64,000 nucleotides of DNA from Takakia lepidozioides. Its lineage: Eukaryota > Plantae > Bryophyta. Shown here one piece after another: positions 1 to 13,989 of this stretch. The stretch's first letter is position 1; each line of letters opens with the position of its first letter. Location of the stretch: contig CM060732.1 of NCBI GenBank assembly GCA_030704615.1, positions 19,034,001 to 19,098,000 of the forward strand. The letters are read 5' to 3'. Position numbers and translations under genes: made by a program. Under the pieces are notes generated by a model. It did not search any database. It was not told the origin of the DNA and saw only the letters and a program-made list of their open reading frames with translations.

Positions 1-36
1 GCAATAAAAGGAGTTGCCATGGATGGTGTCTATTAC

Positions 37-2287
37 CTGAGTCTTCGCAGTGATCCAGGAATCACCCCATATATAAATGCCATGGTTCCTGACTAGCACT
101 GCCGTTGCCTTTGGGTATGCTGCAATCTGTTGCATCAGCCATCCCATTTGAATTATGGGACTCATCAAATAGTACCTTGCGATCCATCTACATAGTCGTG
201 TCATGTACACTATATCCCACATCATCGCAAATATGCGGGAGGGATGTATTCTGAGTAGTCACAGGGGAGCCCTGGGGAGTCTGTCTAAGAGAGAGACAAA
301 CAAACTCCACAGGGGGTGACATGATGACAAAGCAACAGTATATTAACCCTACACAGCAGAACCAAGTAACCCCCTCATAAATCAAAAGCCTGGCACTGTC
401 ATTTTCCAGACATTTCACTGTTTTCTTGGCAGAAAGGAAACACTGCGTGTGGAAGTGCAAGACAACTTACCGCCTCTGCTAGAGAATCAGTGAGTTCATA
501 TTCTCGCGCTGAGTTCTCGATAATGGGAACGACAAGCTCATCATAGTATCCGTGTCCTATAATTCCTTTAATCATCTCCATGTGTGTTATCTGTAGCACA
601 GTGATGACAGACAAACCAATTTATTGTTTTCTAGTGTTCACCATAAAAGTTGGAGTTTGTACTGTAAAAACATGTTACATTTCAGTGACTAACACAATGA
701 CTCACAGAAGAAAGACCTTCCAGAATTAGTGAACAAATATAAGTCCCTCATTTAATTAAGTCCCTCTAAAGATATTGCCAGACAGTGCAATCTTTGCAAG
801 AGGGTCCAAAGAACTGCTCCTCGTCATATTCACACCCACATCACCTCCTTTAGACCCAAATCTCTAAAAGGGAGTTACTCAATTTTGTGTGGCCAATTTG
901 AATATGTAAACCTGGTTGACTTGCTTACATTTTGAGGGTTTTCAGTGGTAAGGGGCAGAACTAAGCCAAGACAGCTCTAAATTACAGACAGAACACAAGA
1001 GGAGTGAGATACCCGAAACTCTGTGGCAAAGGGGTTGATCATAGTTGCAAGGCATGACTCCAGCCCATGACTATGGATGACAGCTCCAGCATTTCGCATT
1101 TGATATGCCTACAGATCTCCATACATATAATCAACTGAAATTAGTCTCATTGCAGTAATGGCTGGCATTCTCACAAATCATACATCCCACCAGGCTTTAG
1201 ACCACTGCCAACCACATGCAAGACAGGTCCCCCGTCTCACAAACATACAAGTCCTTAAAGAATACTCTTTTACACTCAAATGCCAGTTCAAACACGAAAA
1301 AACAATGTATGGTGCCAAGCCGCCTCATAGACCCCATGATATTCCGTTACAGAGTCAGGTAAAGAGTAGAAGAGAACTTCGTGTAACTAGGACGATTGGG
1401 ATTTGGACCACTCTGCTCGGCTGGCTTGTTCATTCCGAAAGACGGAGTGTCCCCATTTAGTGTCCCAAGTGTTTGGCTGTCAGCTTATTGGCCAAAGCCC
1501 TAGATCTAGGTTTGAGTGGAGTGATAACTATAGACTGGGCTTGACATGCGAGGCTCAACAGGAGGGCGTGAGAGAAGACCTTCAAAAACAAGGGGCCACA
1601 TTCACTGCATTTGGGGGGCCTGTGAGGTGCCAGCTTTGGTGAGGGAGATGACAAGACTGTGCCATCAGATGCCAGCACGTACATATCAGCAGGCTCCATC
1701 CGCTCTTTCTGCACCCCTGTTCCTCCGAGTCATCAGCGTTGGCACACAACTAAATATGTTAGACAATTTTGTTTTGCTTCATTCACCCCTCATTATCCAT
1801 CAAGGTAAACTTTATACATGCCTTCAGTTTCTCGATACATTAGATATGTCTTGAACAATATGCTTCATCATCCCCCTTGCGAGCACACTGGTTGCAGTGG
1901 TGCACCAGACTTGGTCAACAACATAACTTCCTCAATTACCATAACTCACACAGTCAACGGTTCATCCTGAATTGTGTCTTCAGAAAACAGACCCACCTTC
2001 CAGAGAATTCCGAAATTCAAAAAACGCCCATGTCGTTCTCGAAAACCCGAGCATCGCCTACAAACAAACAAATAAGAAAAATACAGCCGAGACTCACCAG
2101 ATGGGGCCATGACGATGAGCCTTTCAGAGACAGGAACATCAGGGTCGTGCACTTTGAGGGTGATGCTGCCCCCCGTCCCCGACACCCACCCCTGATGATA
2201 AAAATGCTTGCAAAGCTCTGCCGCCAGGGTCTTGGTCTCAATCACAGCCGCCGTATCCTCAAACACCCTTAAACCATCATCCCCCAT
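37..2287 (-). CDS. DEP1: Methylthioribulose-1-phosphate dehydratase (MtnB/APIP-like), N-terminal part of plant DEP1; exons 2287-2098, 1716-1580, 1108-1013, 590-471, 126-37; continues beyond window start
   Basis: GT-AG introns join in frame: [20 protein letters not shown]...MAPSGVQKERM...[26 protein letters not shown]...[25 protein letters not shown]...[16 protein letters not shown]; class II aldolase HSH metal motif. Confidence 0.93.
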
Positions 2288-3639
2288 TCTTCCCAAATTC
2301 AGCTACAAGTGCCCAAAGGAAGCTGGCAGAGAGCGGAGCAACTCCGGACAAAGGGCGAGCGCTCCAGTTCAGCGCTAACACAGAATCGAATAGAGGACTG
2401 CAATAAGATGCTTGCCGTAATTCATGCCCAGGGGGGAAGCACTTGGTCCCGCCTTCAATATATCGTAGCGGGCCCACCACCAGTCAAGATCAACGACACA
2501 AAAATGATCCTTTTTCATTTTCTCAGATCTTCCTCTGGGGAATTCACAGATCTAGGCTATCATTTTGGCTGGTCCATTTCCCTTTCCCAAAATACTTTGT
2601 GGATTTACCGGGCCGATCCCATTGGCCCAAACCCACAGCCTTAAAAGCACTTCCATGAAAATGGCAGTCTTCTTTTAGGCTAACTTAAGGCTAGGCCGCA
2701 CCTGCCGGGTTAAGGAGCAAATATGGTGTACTACCCCCCAGATTTTCCTTAACTAGGGCCGCACATAGCGGAGTGGTTACGAACCCTATCGGGGCCTGTC
2801 TGGCATGCTTAACCGGAGGCGATAGGGGGTAAGGGGGGGGGGGGGGGGGGTAACTACTGTACGTTAGAGGTCCGTTTGGGAGAACCTTCGACGGATATCG
2901 GCGTTTTCCATTCCCGACACTCGCTTGACATTCGTTTGTTCCCCTCAAGCCCTTGTTCCCCATGAACTCTTGTTCAAAAAAATTCTCTAGCATCTGGAGA
3001 CACGGCGGTGGAGAACGGTGGTGAGCTCCAAACATTTACCAACGTGTGCATGTAGGGCTTTATCTACTCGATGGCAATCACATTTGTGTTTTTTTTCTCC
3101 TCTTGTGGTACCTCTTTCCCTTGACTCTTGAGAAGTTTTAGCTTCAGCAAAAGGTGTCATTGTCTCCTGATGTCTGCCAATCAAGCTTCAACCTAGGGCC
3201 CTCTCCACAGATAGCCAGGCTTCAAGCCTAACCCACAATGGAATACGCAGTCATAGATCGTAGTGTTTCCTAAGTAATGGTCCAGTTTGATAGCATCATC
3301 ATCCACTGGTTCCTGAAAATTGTTTTGCATGATGAGTAGGGTGCGATGCGAGGATGGTAGCAACAACAAACCCAAGTAATGCCTCTCTTCTTTCTTCCGA
3401 TTCCCCTGTCTCTCCAGGGCCCTTGCGCATTGCTTTCTTTCTAGGTGAGAATTAGTTGTTCGCTGACCTCTACTAGACTGAGAAGATGGGGAGGTGAATC
3501 CTGGACCTGTAACGTATATGTGTGCAGATTTTGGCTATATGATGTGGAGCCGTTGTTAATAATTGTTGCCGAAAGAGTAGGCTTCAGGTTGCCCTGAGTT
3601 GCCATGGCTGTGGAGTGTTACACTCTTTCAAGGAGTGAT

Positions 3640-3985
3640 TTTGCCCTTATGGTCGTTTTTTGCAGATGAGCCCTCCAACGCTGGTAACTGGAAAGTAGTA
3701 CTTCAGAAGGAGCCGCGCTCACGGCGCGTGGTACATGATGTCACTGGTGTCAGCTTGGGTGAGAATGAGTCATGCGTAAGGATGCAAGTGGCGGAGGCAT
3801 TGGAGGATGTGAATCCCAACACATAATTTGGACCTTCAACGACCCTTACCGAAGCTGAGATGGTTATTATTGTTATGATGAGGCCCCCACGAAGGGACGA
3901 ACCATGGCACCGAGATAGTGAGGATTGCAACACTGACCATGAGTGTAGTGAAAGTAGTAGCGATGAAGATGACTACATCTGGTAA
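3640..3985 (+). pseudogene. Decayed CACTA transposase 3' fragment (DUF4216-like end plus acidic tail)
   Basis: FFADEPSNAGNWKVVLQKEPRSRRV resembles FFSDDKTRGGNWKVVVHA*PRGRR at 30760-30835. Confidence 0.55.
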
Positions 3986-4262
3986 AAGGACAATAGCGTC
4001 ATGTTGACATTTTAACTGACACTCTGAGTGACATTTTGAGTTCCAAATCACAGGACACCCTGTGCTTCAGCCACTGGCCTGGTAAAAGGACAATAGCATT
4101 ATATGACATTTTGAGTGGTACACTGAGGGGCATTTTGAGTCCCAAATCACAGGACATCCTGTGCTGCAGCATCCACTTGTTGCGGTTATTTTCCCTGTGA
4201 ATGTAGCAGCGAGGAAGATGATTCCTGGTAAAAGGGCAATAGCGTCATGTTGGCATTTTGGG
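3980..4262. repeat. Short degenerate direct repeats (3 copies of TGGTAAAAGGRCAATAGC...CATTTT)
   Basis: Copies near 3980, 4080 and 4226; AAATCACAGGACA is also repeated. Confidence 0.7.
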
Positions 4263-6290
4263 TTGCTTCAGTTGTTACTCCACCTCTCTACTATCTCCCC
4301 CCCTTCCCACATCCATGCCTTACTTACTCTCTAGCTACGAACTGAATTCTGATGCCCCTGTTCCTCCCTCCCCCTCTCTATTACTCACGCTGAACAATCA
4401 ATTGTACAAAATGCTTGCCAAATCACAGGACACCATGTGCTTCAGCCAGCGGCCAACTCCCCCACTCCACTTATTCTTTTTCCTAAAGCATGCTTTCTAT
4501 TTTCCCTGTGTTCAGATTGTGGGGGTTGGGTGCAATGTGTTGGGGATGTACTTCTTTATAATGTTTATTCTGGTTTGGTGCAGTCGGGGGACAATTTGCA
4601 CAGCAAGTCACATGTTGGATCTGATGGGCATTGCAACTGTGGATGGTGATTCACATGTCTTCCCCACTAATGGGACCCCTCTGTTCATGCTTGGGATTTG
4701 GCAAGTTCGTAAACCCCCACTTTTTTTACTGTGTGCTTGCAGGTCATATGTGCTGCATGGGGCAGAGCCATTCAGTTGGCTACAGGTTTAATTCCTTCAC
4801 ACATGATAGTATGTGGCCCTATTTATGATGGCTTTGACTTACTCATAGAGAGGGCTCGTGTGTTGGTTATTCTATTTTGGCTTGTTTAAAAACCCTCACT
4901 GTGACAGGGATGAGGCTTCTATCATTGCTCAATTTTCCACTTGTGATGGTGGAGGAGAATGTTCATGAATCACAAGAAGGTCTGTGGCACCTCGGAACCC
5001 ATGAATTCAGAATCATGGAGATTCCAGATTCATATATAGCCAAAGTTGATCTTTTGCTTTGTGATTTCTCTCTGTTTCTCATGTTTGTGAGATTCGGTGC
5101 TTCATCCCTCTGCATGTACCACCCCGCTTTGTCATGATTGCGAGTTGGAATTGTAGAGATGACCTTTCTTTGAAAACATACATACTTTGTATGGGGGACT
5201 TGAGGTAAGCAATCCAGAGACCATTATGTGTTACAGACACTAATTACCAGTCCACATTATGGGTGTACTTTGCATGGATTTGCAATCCCCCACATTGTCC
5301 TTCCGAAAATAAAACTCTTTCTTGCTAGAGCTAGAAGCTCATGGGCGCTATACCTTCAACCATCCAGATGTGCTGTTATTTGTTCTGAATGTGGACATCA
5401 CCACATGTGCACTTGTAATTTTACCGCCCATTACCAAGTTGTTGCACCACACATGAAACAAAAGTATTACAGGTGGTCATACGGCAGTATACTGTGAGGG
5501 GATGCACATGTTTGTGATGACATGTGCTAGTAGGACTATTAGGGCTAGCAGCGAACTATTTGCATCATACAAGTTCTCCCGGGATGATTGGGACCTCCGA
5601 TTACAGCGTGAGTGGGATGTGTATGATAGAAATAGGGTTCTTTTGAGACATGGATCGCGTAGAGGGGCATTGTAGATATTCTCATGATGTACTTTGTATA
5701 CATCCGATTAATCGATTGATGTAAATTTTTTTCTTGTTGCTCGTGTGGGTTGCAACTTTGCATATGTGATCTAAACATACTTATGCACATGTGGACCAAA
5801 TATGAGCTTGAACCAAGTTTATTCAATGGGTCATTCTAGTGTTGAATGCAGCTACGTGTCATAGAGACGGAAAATTGTGTTTCGCTTGTAGATGATTTTT
5901 TTTTTTATTCCATTTTCAAGCCATATGCTTAATGATAGCATATGCAATGTGCGTGCAAAATTTGGGAGTAAACAAAAGTCATTTGGACCCATAACCAAAT
6001 TTTGTTCTCTCATTTGCACTCCAAAGTTGAGTTATCTTCAACTTTATGCACTCTTCATAAAGAGTTATGCAAAAGTAACCCTAGAAACACACTTTTTTTT
6101 TTTCCATTTTTTGCATGGATGTAGCGGTACAAAGCCTGATGTCACAGAATAAAATAGAGCTAAAAATAAAATCATTACACCCCTCAAAACCGCAATCATA
6201 TATTTTCTAAATGCAAATATTTATTTTTAAATTCATTTAAATTCGATTTAATTCAAAATTGGTGCAAGGGTGAGTGCGTCGTTGGGGAGG

Positions 6291-6293
<3 letters not shown>

Positions 6294-6359
<66 letters not shown>
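6294..6359. repeat. (TA)n microsatellite
   Basis: Direct read; absent at the homologous site near 60470. Confidence 0.95.
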
Positions 6360-6360
<1 letters not shown>

Positions 6361-6719
6361 TTTATCTGCTGGATCTTTGTACAGGTATTGCACACATATT
6401 TAAGCACATGTACCAAAAAATGAAGCTTGAGCCACATCCGTTTGTTGGGTGCAATGGCATGAGAGGATTTTCTTTCACATTAATAAACAAAAATTGGTTG
6501 ATAGGGTGAATGCGTCATTGCGGGGGCAAATGATTTGTTTGGGTTTGAAACTTTGCATGCGTGTACGTTGCGCACATACATGTAATTATTGAATGACATA
6601 TTTGATGCACACACACATTGAAGGTTGTTGTTTGCGTTTCGCTTATAATGAAGTGTATGGTTGCAAGGACACATTATAATATATGTCCCTATGTTCATTT
6701 GTCCGTATCAGGACTTTGT

Positions 6720-8821
6720 CCATCCCTTCCCAGTCTTTTCTCTTGGCACCCCATCCGAAAACAACCTAAGTACATCAGGCGGGAGCCGTGGGCAAGATGC
6801 CGCCCCAACGGTACCGGACGATGATGACGATGACAGTGACAGTGACAACAACAATGAGCATGGAATTAACCAGGAGGATGTGCAAGCCATGGAGGATCTC
6901 TTAATGCATCATGTGGGCGCTAATGCATCCCATGAAGAGGGAACCCGGCCAATCGATGATCCTGAAATGGCCCCCTCAAATGACATGGAGAGGGAGGCGA
7001 GAACTCCCTTGTACGAAGGGGCGAAAGTGAGTCGACTTTCAACAATCTTACTTTTGCTCAATCTTCAAATTCGATTTGGCATAAGTAATGTTGGGATGTC
7101 TGCCATAATGCGAACTATTGCAGACTATATCCTTGCTCCACACTTGAAACCCAAGATGTCACGGTCGCAGAAAGAGGCGCGCGAAGTCTTGGACTCTGTG
7201 GGGATGGGCTATAAGATTTTTCATGCATGTCCATGCGATAAAACCCTATACTACGGAGATGATTCGCATCTCACCAAATGCCCAAAGTGCAAGAAAGACC
7301 GATATCGAGATGATGTCCAAGGGAAAAAAGTACCACGCAAGGTATAAGCGCCATTTCTCCTCGCATGGAGATTACTTTATTTAATCTTCTCAATGTATGT
7401 AAAGTGTATTCCACAAAGTTTAGGGTTTAGAGAGTAGTACTAATGCAAGATCTGATTGTGGTTTTGGAAGGAGTGAGTGAGGAGTGGAAGGAGCGACGTT
7501 CGGTTTTGACCATTCACACCCAAATGAGGGAGAGGCTGCATAAAGAGAAAGACATAAGGGTGTCGTATTATGTGTGCTAATGGGATGATTACATGTGGGG
7601 GGCGTGGGGTATTTCATCCTAGAAAATGCATTACTTTCCAATCATCCCGCGATTGAGGGCATAGTACCGAAGCCCCGAATTGGCCAGACTCATGAGATGG
7701 CACGCCTCGCATTGGAGCCCCCCGGGAAAGGTGTGTGGGCCACAAGATTCACAAGCATGGAGGCATATTGAAGAGATGTGGCCTTTTCTCTTGGAGGACC
7801 CACGACATGTCCACCTCGGATGGGGTCAACCCATTCTCTGTCCAGTCATGTAGTCATTCCACTTGGCCGGTGACCATGGTGAATTACAACATCCTTCCGT
7901 ATCTTTCAATTAAAAAAGACCATATCATGTTGGCTGCCATTGTGCTAGGTGAGTGTACTCATTTCATGTTTATTATTGCCTTAGACTTTACATTAAACTT
8001 CTAATCTCTGACGCAATTCGGATGCAAGATTGATGAGTGACATAATCATGGAATAAGACGTGTAATTCATTTTGTAGTATAATTTGCATATTGGTGGAGC
8101 ATTGAAACAATGATGTGAATGTCTCTTAGGGAAAAAACAAGTGGCAAACATGGACACGTACTTGCGACCTCTTGTTGATGAACTCAAGGAGCTATGGAGA
8201 GGGTCCCGGCATTGGATGCTTCACTTGACCCTATGGGCCGAATTCCTGCAGAATACCCTTATCGCAAAGAGACCCGCTTCCTGAATCGAAGAAACAGATG
8301 GCCGGTAACAATCTTTTCAGATGAGAGACATCTTGCTTTGGACAATGCATGATTATCCAGGTATATTATATTCCCCATGAACAACCCGCATACATTCACT
8401 TGTCAATGCCGGATAATATCGATGAGGATTGGGATTGATTGAAGTAGCGGTGACAGTCTTGTGCACCGTAGTGGGGTAGATGACATTATGGGCCATGCAC
8501 ATGACAACTTTTTGTTTTTGCTAATGTGGCGGGATGTGTAGTACAGGATTAACTGTTTGCTCGGGGCTAAGCACCAAATGGTACCATGCATGCTTGCATT
8601 GTGGCGATGATCTTGATGCACATAGCTCCCGCCATCTTCACAAGATGGTGTATCCCAACTACCGCAAATTTTTTCCTATGAGCCATCGATGGAGAAGAAG
8701 AGAGAAACACTTGTTTGATGGCAAAGAGGAAGTACGTCCCCCCCCATGACACCGTCCGGGCAGTTTTGGGAGGACCGATGGAAGGAGGCCCATGCGGGCA
8801 CGGACGGTGAAGTGGACGTAC
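6720..8821 (+). pseudogene. CACTA Tnp2 (Transposase_21-like) transposase, 5' part, disrupted
   Basis: ARTPLYEG, YKIFHACPCDKTLY..CPKC, DGVNPFS..SHSTWPV...YN.PY, LLWTMHDYP, G.STKWYHACLHC motifs; stops and frameshifts. Confidence 0.85.
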
Positions 8822-9280
8822 CACTACAACAGATTGCGGCTTTTATGACTCCCATGGGTGCGCAGTCATGACAGATTTGTGGCAGAAATGCCATTTGCAG
8901 TCATAAAATGCTTTTGAAGTCATAATGCAGGTCTGGAGAAGGCGTATATGCGACTGCGTGGCTTCGGACTCTGCGCAACACAGGTCAAACATGTTTGACC
9001 ATGAATATTGGCATGGCAGATATGACTACCAGTCACGGTCATGGCTACACTAGAATGACGTGTGCATATTGCAAGACAGACATATGACTTCATGACTCTC
9101 ACTCTAATGCATTATGTCAGATCATCACATGGATGAATCACTACATGACTACACGTGTCGACACATGCTTTTATGGTTATATATATAATATATGAGTATT
9201 TATATCTTAAAAAAACGGAGACTCTTACCACTAGAATGAATTTAAAAAACCCAAAAAAAACAAAGATTTAAAAAAAATCA

Positions 9281-9490
9281 CATCGGCTGGTAAGTGCACA
9301 GTGTGTCGCCCTTGTGGTTTGGGGTTCAAACCCGCTACCCTTATCCCGTGTGTGGGATTGTTCGAGACGGTATGTCTTGACGTTGATCGTCCTGTAGGTC
9401 TTATGGCCCATAAATGAAGGCGGGTGAATTTTCCCCCTCCTCAAGGGCTTGTGGTTTCCTTTAAGAAAAAAAAAAAAAAAAATAAAAAAT
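9281..9490 (+). mobile_element. Putative tRNA-derived SINE
   Basis: B-box-like GGTTCAAACCC near 9323, about 190-bp body, poly(A) tail, AAAAAAAATCA on both sides as possible TSD. Confidence 0.45.
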
Positions 9491-9744
9491 AAAAAAAAAT
9501 CAAAAATGGGTTTTTAGGGTTTACAAAAAGGTTAAAAAACTTAAAAAGTTGCCCATCACAGTAGCGTGAACAGACTTAGAGCGAGCGGGAGGGAGAGAGA
9601 GAGAGGGTTGGGACTTAGAGCGAGCGAGCGGGAGAGAGGGCAAACATGCATGGGAGGCCCGCAGTTGGATCAACCTTCGCATCTGGAGCAAGCAACTCTC
9701 GAAACGCTAGGGTATGTGTGCGAGGAGGTTTCGGCTGGGAGCCC

Positions 9745-10662
9745 GCCGTTCTTGGGAGAGTCAGCTTCGTCTTAGCAGGCCGTGTTTCAATCTCTACCCG
9801 CTCGGCCCTGATTTTACAGCACGGAGCAGAGCTGGCATGAGTTTCTAAAAGATCCTTCACGATGGTGGGACAACCGCAATCGCAAGGTGTGGCTTTTTCT
9901 TAATGTACGATGTGAAGAAGTTTGTCCATCCTGCAAATGTGGGTTGGCTCTCCTGTTAGTACCATGATTTGGTATTCTTCCTGATGTTTACAAGGTTCTT
10001 GGGAGAGTTAGCTTGGTCTTAGTAGGCCGTGTTTCAATCTTTGCCCACTCAGCTGCACCGTGGTGGTTCTCACTGACCAATCTGACATTACCTAACTACA
10101 GACACAAGCAGCACACACTAGAGGTCATCTTGGGTTCATGTTCAGTCAAATCCTCCATAGGTCATGACACAAGGTCGAGGACAATGTGGTGAGGGCACCT
10201 TCTTCTTCGACCTATTTCAGCCTATTTTGCCCTCTCATCAGACTCGGCCCTGAATTTGAATCATGGAGCAGAGCTGGCATGAGTTTTTTTAAGATCCTTC
10301 ACGAGGGTGCGACCGCAATCGCAAGGTGTGGTTTTTTTTTAATGTACGATGTGCAGAATTTTGTCCATCCTGCAAATGTGGGTTGTTGGCTCCTGTTAGT
10401 ACCATGATTTGATATTCTTCCTGATGTTTACAAGGTTCTTGGGAGAGTCAGCTTGGTCTTAGCAGACCGTGTTTCAAAGTCTGCCTGCTCAGCTGCACCG
10501 TGGTGCAGGTTCTCATTGACCAATCCGACATTACCTGACTACAGACACAAGCATCACACACAAGGTCAAGTCCTCCATGGGTCATGACACAAGGTCAAGG
10601 ACAGTGTGGTGAGGGCACCTTCTTCTTCGACCTATTTCAGCATGTTTTGCCCTCTCATCAGA
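9745..10662. repeat. Tandem duplication, unit about 420 bp
   Basis: About 9822-10240 is repeated at about 10265-10662; GTTCTTGGGAGAGTYAGCTT occurs three times. Confidence 0.85.
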
Positions 10663-11489
10663 CGCCCTGAGATGCATATTGAATTTTGTAAGTTAGCTCA
10701 TTGCTAGTTGATAAGTAGGGTTGGGGTGTTTGCTGGAACAATTCTAGGCTGTCATTGTCAGCTGCTAGCAGGAAGGCAAGGATGTATGCATAGATAGCTG
10801 AAGGATTTTGTGCAGAGGCATAGATAGCTGAAGGAGCAGGGATAGAGTGTGGGCCCAAATTCGTCCAAGAGGGCCGGATTTCAAGCTCCATTATTTCAGT
10901 GTCATCCATTCAGCCAGGGATTTCCTGGTGACATTGCCAAGGCTTTACTCGCAACACGGTGCTTGTAAAGCTTCCTTAGCTTGAATGCTGATTATGCTTG
11001 AATTATTAGGTTTGTAAAGCCAGTTTTGAAATTTTCATGGTAATCAGCTCTCTTGAAAATCTGTAGGTTGCAAGCCATTTACAGCGGGCCGTGGGTGGAC
11101 TGGAAGACAGCCATTGAAAGTCCTGGTGCAAGTTAATACCAGTGGAGAGCAGAATAAGCTTCATATGCCCTTTTGGTGCTAGTTATCTTCATGTATGGTA
11201 CTGTTGAACACCAACAATCTTTTGGTGAGATTCTGTCTTGGTGCGCATGTCTGATAAAGAAAGACGGTAATGTTTGTTCTGAAACCTGAAGGCGTGAAAT
11301 GATTCAACACAACAAGAGCATTACGCGTGTCACAGTACAAGCTGTAAGAAAGCAAGAGATACATAGTTATACAGTCAAACAGACAACTATCAGTTTCTGT
11401 GGAATCTCTTGCCAATGGCAGGATGGGTTGGGAATAGCCAAGTCAGGAGGTGAATGCCTGTCAAATTACCACGTCCTTTTCAACACTGC

Positions 11490-11925
11490 CCCTGCCCTGG
11501 TGGACATGTACGCCAATTGTGGGTGCATTGAGGATGCAAAGGGAGTGTTCAACACTGTGGCTGAATGAGATGTGGTGTCGTGGAGTGCGATGCTTGCTGG
11601 GTATGCACAGCTGGGGTGCAGGATGGAGGCTCCAACCTTTGAGAAAATGATGGGGGGTGAAGGCCGCCGACATAACGTTTGTGTGCGTTTGCAGTGCGTC
11701 TGTAGCCCTGGAAAATGGCAAAGAGATCCCTGGTGACATCATCAAATCTGCAATTGTACCAGATGTCATCCTGAACATGGCTCTGATGGCCATGTATGCT
11801 AAATGTGGGAGCATTGAGGATGCCAAGGGAGTGTTCAACACTATGGCTGAACTAGATGTGGTGTCGTGGAATGCGATGCTTGAAGGGTGTGCAGAGCAGG
11901 AGCACGGGATGGGGCTTTGGACACC
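11490..11925 (+). pseudogene. Captured PLS-class PPR gene fragment
   Basis: ALVDMYANCGCIEDAKGVFN..DVVSWSAMLAGYAQ and ALMAMYAKCGSIEDAKGVFN..DVVSWNAML; in-frame stop and frameshift. Confidence 0.88.
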
Positions 11926-12891
11926 TGAAAGCAAATGATGGAGAAAAGGATGAAGGTACCTTCTTCAACATATTTCACCCTGTTTTCCCTGCTAGTGTTT
12001 GCTTTGACAATTCTAGGCTGTCATTGTCAGCTGCTAGCAGCAAGGCGAGGATGTATGCATGATTTTGTGCAGAGGCATGGATAGCTGAAGGAGCAGGGAT
12101 TTCGTGTGGGTCCAGATTCATCCAAGAAGGCCAGATTTCAAGCACAAGATTACCTGTGATTTCCTGTGGATCAATAGCTACAAGAAACCTGCATGGGTAG
12201 ATGGTCAACTGGGAGCAGCGGCACAAGTGATAAAATCAGACACTGCTAATGAAGGCATCTTCTTCAACACATTTCACCCTGTTTTTCCCTCTTATCAGAA
12301 TCGGCCCTAAATTTACATGTTCAATTCTGCAAGTTAGCTGGTTGAGTGAATCTAGTTTGGAGTGACTTTGACATGATACTGCCAATGTGACAACAGGAAA
12401 GTGTCAAAAAATAGGTAACAGAGATGAGAGGGGCTGCTATTTCATGAGCCATGAGCCATGAGCGGCATGAGCCATGAGCAGAGTCGTAAGTGTGGAAAAA
12501 AACATGAGCAGCACTATTTTCCGGAAATGAGTGTCCGCGGGAATAGGGTTTAGGGTGCCACGGTCATAGGGGGAGAAGGACCTCCCGATGAAGGAGGTTT
12601 GGCAATGTTATTTAGAATTATATATTGAAAGGCAATGTTTCGCGAATGGTAGGGTGGTACTGCTCTGTACAATGGGGGCCCATTTCAGCCTACCAGCCAC
12701 TTGCAAAATCCACCCACACTCCCAATCCCAAATGAAATGAGCAATGACGCATTCTCGGAACGATGGACACAGAATAGAATAAAAAGAGGGCACAATGAGG
12801 TTTTTATTGATCCACATGAATTGCATTTGAAGCACGTCTACTGTGCTGATTGTGCAATCAAATCTTTAGCCCTGTGCCTACTGAATACAAG

Positions 12892-13727
12892 TCACGTTGT
12901 CAATGGGACTTCGACTGCTCTCAGAACTAGCTCATGAGTCATGGGGCTCCTCCAGGTAAAGTCGATTGCAGCCGTTGTACCGCCCCTAGTGATGTTCACC
13001 ACAATGTCCTGCCCTTCAATCATACCACCATCGAATATGGAAATCTTCACGTTTTCGTCGTCCACACCAATGCGAATGTCCCCATACAATGGAGAAGAGG
13101 AGCGCACTCCTTCAGGAGAATAGGTCTCTCCGATGGAGTCCACCCACATCCAGTGGCAGCAGTTCCACCGCAACAGCATAGCAGTGCGTCTTCTTCTGCA
13201 TGGGTGACCGTCGTAGCTGGGAAAATCGGAATTGAGGATGCGCAGGAGCCACGGACTCCTCAGACCAAGATCGTCACCCCGCTCGAAGGCGTAGTGGCCT
13301 AGGATATACTCAAAAGCCACCAATGTTTCCACAATCGAACCAGTATCTTCTCTGTAATTGTGTACCAGATAACAATGTCTCCCGATGTGGCCGAATACAT
13401 TGCATAATCGATGCCTCCAAATGGGCAGTCGTCCCGGTTCCGGAAGCACGGCATCCTTGCAAAAGAGGACCTGAGGACGACTTGGATGCCGATGACAACG
13501 ACCTTGCGGACAGCTACGAAGCCCTTAGATTTTGGAAATGATGCGAAGCGGAAGAGCAGTCCGGCCTCCAATAATGGAGCATCTGGGTCCCACGTACCCA
13601 CCGACGGAGGTGGAACGTGTTCATCACGCCAGCGGTGGATGAACCCATACATCTTTCTCATCAACAAGTTATAGTTTGAGATCTGCCACTGAAGTCCATC
13701 CCCCCGGATGGAAATTCGGCGCCGCAT
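12892..13727 (-). CDS. Orphan cargo protein A (one frameshift near 13357)
   Basis: ORFs 13299-13727 and 12892-13449 join with a 1-nt shift and align along their length to the paralog at 13990-14590. Confidence 0.6.
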
Positions 13728-13989
13728 TTACATCGAAGAGGGGATGGACTTCGTCGTGTCCAGTGGCTATCGGCCCACCTGGCAGTGACTGCCCATAGTT
13801 TGCATGGCAGGGTAGGAAACTGAAACGGCTACATTCATGCAGCCGCCAATCTTCATCGGTCCACGATCCTGTAGGGGGGGAATTTAAATGTGCCTTGGAG
13901 TGTTTGTGAGGAATTGCAGCGTTAGCTTGAACTTTTTCCAGCCACCGCGCTGCTCCTCCTCCATCCGGGAGCTGCTGTCATTGAGCGTA

